Positions 59,601-64,000 of a stretch of DNA of 64,000 bases are shown piece after piece. Source of the DNA: Eledone cirrhosa (Eukaryota); contig OZ024744.1 of NCBI GenBank assembly GCA_964016885.1, positions 15,314,001 through 15,378,000 on the forward strand, written 5' to 3'. Under the pieces are notes generated by a model. That model was given only the letters and a program-made list of their open reading frames with translations. It ran no database searches and had not been told where the DNA came from. How positions within the stretch are numbered: the first letter of the stretch is position 1; every line of letters begins with the position of its first letter. The position numbers and the translations under genes were made by a program.

Positions 59601-62600
59601 CACTCTCTCTCTCTCACATACACACTCTCCCACAAAAGTCCACCCATTCCCACAAGTAATGGCAAATGTCCAAAACTCTCTCACATATACACTCTCTCTC
59701 TCACTCACATACACACTCTCCCACAAAAGTCCACCCATTCCCACATGTAATGGCAAATGTACAAAACTCTCTCACATACACACTCTCCCACAAAAGTCCA
59801 CCCATTCCCACAAGTAATGGCAAATGTCCAAAACTCTCTCACATATACACTCTCTCTCTCTCACATACACACTCTCCCACAAAAGTCCACCCATTCCCAC
59901 TAGTAATGGCAAATGTCCAAAACTCTCTCACATATGCACTCTCTCTCACATACACACTCTCCCACAAAAGTCCACCCATTCCCACAAGTAATGGCAAATG
60001 TCCAAAACTCTCTCACATATACACTCTCTCTCTCTCACAAAAGTCCACCCATTCCCACAAGTAATGGCAAATGTCCAAAACTCTCTCACATATACACTCT
60101 CTCTCTCTCTCACATACACACTCTCCCACAAAAGTCCACCCATTCCCACAAGTAATGGCAAATGTCCAAAACTCTCTCACATACACACTCTCCCACAAAA
60201 GTCCACCCATTCCCACAAGTAGTGGCAAATGTCCAAAACTCTCTCACATCTACACTCTCTCTCTCTCACATACACACTCTCCCACAAAAGTCCACCCATT
60301 CTCACAAGTAATGGCAAATGTCCAAAACTCTCTCACATATACACTCTCTCTCTCTCTCACATACACACTCTCCCACAAAAGTCCACCCATTCCCACAAGT
60401 AATGGCAAATGTCCAAAACTCTCTCACATATACACTCTCTCTCTCTCTCACATACACACTCTCCCACAAAAGTCCACCAATTCCCACAAGTAATGGCAAA
60501 TGTCCAAAACTCTCTCACATATACAATCTCTCTCTCTCACATACACATTCTCCCACAAAAGTCCACCCATTCCAACAAGTAATGGCAAATGTCCAAAACT
60601 CTCTCACATATACACTCTCTCTCTCTCTCACATACACACTCTCCCACAAAAGTCCACCCATTCTCACAAGTAATGGCAAATGTCCAAAACTCTCTCACAT
60701 ATACACTCTCTCTCTCTCTCACATACACACTCTCCCACAAAAGTCCACCCATTCCCACAAGTAATGGCAAATGTCCAAAACTCTCTCACATATACACTCT
60801 CTCTCTCACATACACACTCTCCCACAAAAGTCCACCCATTCCCACAAGTAATGGCAAATGTCCAAAACTCTCTCACATATACACTCTCTCTCTCTCACAT
60901 ACACACTCTCCCACAAAAGTCCACCCATTCCAACAAGTAATGGCAAATGTCCAAAACTCTCTCACATATACACTCTCTCTCTCTCTCTCTCACTCTCTCT
61001 CTCTCTCACATACACACTCTCCCACAAAAGTCCACCCATTCCCACAAGTAATGGCAAATGTCCAAAACTCTCTCACATATACACTCTCTCTCTCTCACAT
61101 ACACACTCTCCCACAAAAGTCCACCCATTCCCACTAGTAATGGCAAATGTCCAAAACTCTCTCACATATACACTCTCTCTCACATACACACTCTCCCACA
61201 AAAGTCCACCCATTCCCACAAGTAATGGCAAATGTCCAAAACTCTCTCACATATACACTCTCTCTCTCTCACATACACACTCTCCCACAAAAGTCCACCC
61301 ATTCCCACTAGTAATGGCAAATGTCCAAAACTCTCTCACATATACACTCTCTCTCACATACACACTCTCCCACAAAAGTCCACCCATTCCCACAAGTAAT
61401 GGCAAATGTCCAAAACTCTCTCACATATACACTCTCTCTCTCTCACATACACACTCTCCCACAAAAGTCCACCCATTCCCACAAGTAATGGCAAATGTCC
61501 AAAACTCTCTCACATATACACTCTCTCTCTCACTCACATACACACTCTCCCACAAAAGTCCACCCATTCCCACATGTAATGGCAAATGTCCAAAACTCTC
61601 TCACATACACACTCTCCCACAAAAGTCCACCCATTCCCACAAGTAATGGCAAATGTCCAAAACTCTCTCACATATACACTCTCTCTCTCTCACATACACA
61701 CTCTCCCACAAAAGTCCACCCATTCCCACTAGTAATGGCAAATGTCCAAAACTCTCTCACATATGCACTCTCTCTCACATACACACTCTCCCACAAAGGT
61801 CCACCCATTCCCACAAGTAATGGCAAATGTCCAAAACTCTCTCACATATACACTCTCTCTCTCTCACAAAAGTCCACCCATTCCCACAAGTAATGGCAAA
61901 TGTCCAAAACTCTCTCACATATACACTCTCTCTCTCTCTCACATACACACTCTCCCACAAAAGTCCACCCATTCCCACAAGTAATGGCAAATGTCCAAAA
62001 CTCTCTCACATACACACTCTCCCACAAAAGTCCACCCATTCCCACAAGTAGTGGCAAATGTCCAAAACTCTCTCACATCTACACTCTCTCTCTCTCACAT
62101 ACACACTCTCCCACAAAAGTCCACCCATTCTCACAAGTAATGGCAAATGTCCAAAACTCTCTCACATATACACTCTCTCTCTCTCTCACATACACACTCT
62201 CCCACAAAAGTCCACCCATTCCCACAAGTAATGGCAAATGTCCAAAACTCTCTCACATATACACTCTCTCTCTCTCTCACATACACACTCTCCCACAAAA
62301 GTCCACCAATTCCCACAAGTAATGGCAAATGTCCAAAACTCTCTCACATATACACTCTCTCTCTCTCACATACACATTCTCCCACAAAAGTCCACCCATT
62401 CCAACAAGTAATGGCAAATGTCCAAAACTCTCTCACATATACACTCTCTCTCTCTCTCACTCTCTCTCTCTCTCACATACACACTCTCCCACAAAAGTCC
62501 ACCCATTCCCACAAGTAATGGCAAATGTCCAAAACTCTCTCACATATACACTCTCTCTCTCTCACATACACACTCTCCCACAAAAGTCCACCCATTCCCA

Positions 62601-63689
62601 CTAGTAATGGCAAATGTCCAAAACTCTCTCACATATACACTCTCTCTCACATACACACTCTCCCACAAAAGTCCACCCATTCCCACAAGTAATAGCAAAT
62701 GTCCAAAACTCTCTCACATATACACTCTCTCTCTCTCACAAAAGTCCACCCATTCCCACAAGTAATGACAAATGTCCAAAACTCACTCACATATACACTC
62801 TCTCTCTCTCACATACACACTCTCCCACAAAAGTCCACCCATTCCCACAAGTAATGGCAAATGTCCAATACTCTCTCACATATACACTCTCTCTCTCTCA
62901 CATACACACTCTCCCACAAAAGTCCACCCATTCCCACAAGTAATGGCAAATGTCCAAAACTCTCTCACATATACACTCTCTCTCTCTCACATACACACTC
63001 TCCCACAAAAGTCCACCCATTCCCACAAGTAATGGCAAATGTCCAAAACTCTCTCACATATACACTCTCTCTCCCTCTCACATACACACTCTCCCACAAA
63101 AGTCCACCCATTCCCACAAGTAATGGCAAATATCCAAAACTCTCACATATACACTCTCTCTCTCTCTCACATACACACTCTCCCACAAAAGTCCACCCAT
63201 TCCCACAAGTAATGGAAAATGTCCAAAACTGTCTCACATATACACTCTCTCTCACATACACACTCTCCCACAAAAGTCCACCCATTCCCACAAGTAATGG
63301 CAAAAGTCCAAAACTCTCTCACATATACACTCTCTCTCTCACATACACACTCTCCCACAAAAGTCCACCCATTCTCACAAGTAATGGCAAATGTCCAAAA
63401 CTCTCTCACATATACACTCTCTCTCTCTCTCTCTCACATACACACTCTCCCACAAAAGTCCACCCATTCCCACAAGTAATGGCAAATGTCCAAAACTCTC
63501 TCACATATACACTCTCTCTCTCTCTCACATACACACTCTCCCACAAAAGTCCACGCATTCCCACAAGTAATGGCAAATGTCCAAAACTCTCTCACATATA
63601 CACTCTCTCTCTCTCACATACACACTCTCCCACAAAAGTCCACCCATTCCAACAAGTAATGGCAAATGTCCAAAACCCTCTCACATATA

Positions 63690-63691
<2 letters not shown>

Positions 63692-63763
<72 letters not shown>
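63692..63763. repeat. (CT)36 microsatellite expansion within a satellite monomer
   Basis: 72-nt pure CT run. A (CT)21 run also occurs at 34268-34309. Confidence 0.95.
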
Positions 63764-63767
<4 letters not shown>

Positions 63768-64000
63768 TACACACTCTCCCACAAATGTCCACCCAATCCC
63801 ACAAGTAATGGCAAATGTCCAAAACTCTCACACATATACACTCTCTCTCTCTCTCACATACACACTCTCCCACAAAAGTCCACCCATTCCCACTAGTAAT
63901 GGCAAATGTCCAAAACTCTCTCACATATACACTCTCTCTCACATACACACTCTCCCACAAAAGTCCACCCATTCCCACAATTAATGGCAAATGTCCAAAA

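Larger units (their letters stand above)
31956..64000. repeat. Satellite with ~89-bp monomer (85-99 typical; 64/67/73-bp deletion variants), roughly 365 copies; runs off the right edge
   Basis: Consensus ccacaaaagtccacccattcccacaagtaatggcaaatgtccaaaa-ctctctcacatataca(ct)n-cacatacacactctc. Monomer spacings of 85/87/89/91 are read from successive atgtccaaaa positions. Copy number is estimated as length divided by ~87. Confidence 0.98.

Noticed and set aside
31914-63990. Over two hundred short ORFs (MSKTLSH..., MPLLVGMGG...)
   Set aside because: Monomer lengths of 85/87/89/91 shift the frame arbitrarily. They are artefacts of the satellite.
31956-64000. CRISPR-like alternation of a constant 46-bp core and a variable spacer
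   Set aside because: The spacers are length variants of one CT/CA microsatellite, not unique sequences. There are no cas genes and the context is eukaryotic.
1-64000. Telomeric repeat (strong C/A versus G/T skew)
   Set aside because: There are no tandem TTAGGG/TTAGG units. The skew comes from CA/CT dinucleotides.

Overview
Eukaryotic, repeat-dominated genomic DNA. The dispersed repeats resemble octopus/cephalopod families, but that is from memory and unverified. There are three parts. (1) 1-28994 is a ~29 kb compound microsatellite satellite, (CA)n-TATA-CA-(CT)n, with a ~20-24 bp unit and kb-scale internal duplications. (2) 28995-31955 is a ~3 kb non-satellite island. It holds a candidate 121-nt minus-strand coding exon, a non-autonomous Helitron with both termini, a SINE-containing insertion with an 18-bp target-site duplication (TSD) that the Helitron later split, two short (ATG)n-tailed retro-fragments and a ~70-bp minisatellite. 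(3) 31956-64000 is a >32 kb satellite of ~89-bp monomers (46-bp core plus the same CT/CA/TATA motif) with nested higher-order duplications up to ~8.6 kb. The ORFs listed over the two satellites are repeat artefacts. The most interesting hypothesis is one exon sitting between two related, co-oriented satellite arrays, which would form giant UG/AG-rich introns. I found no support for CRISPR or any prokaryotic system.
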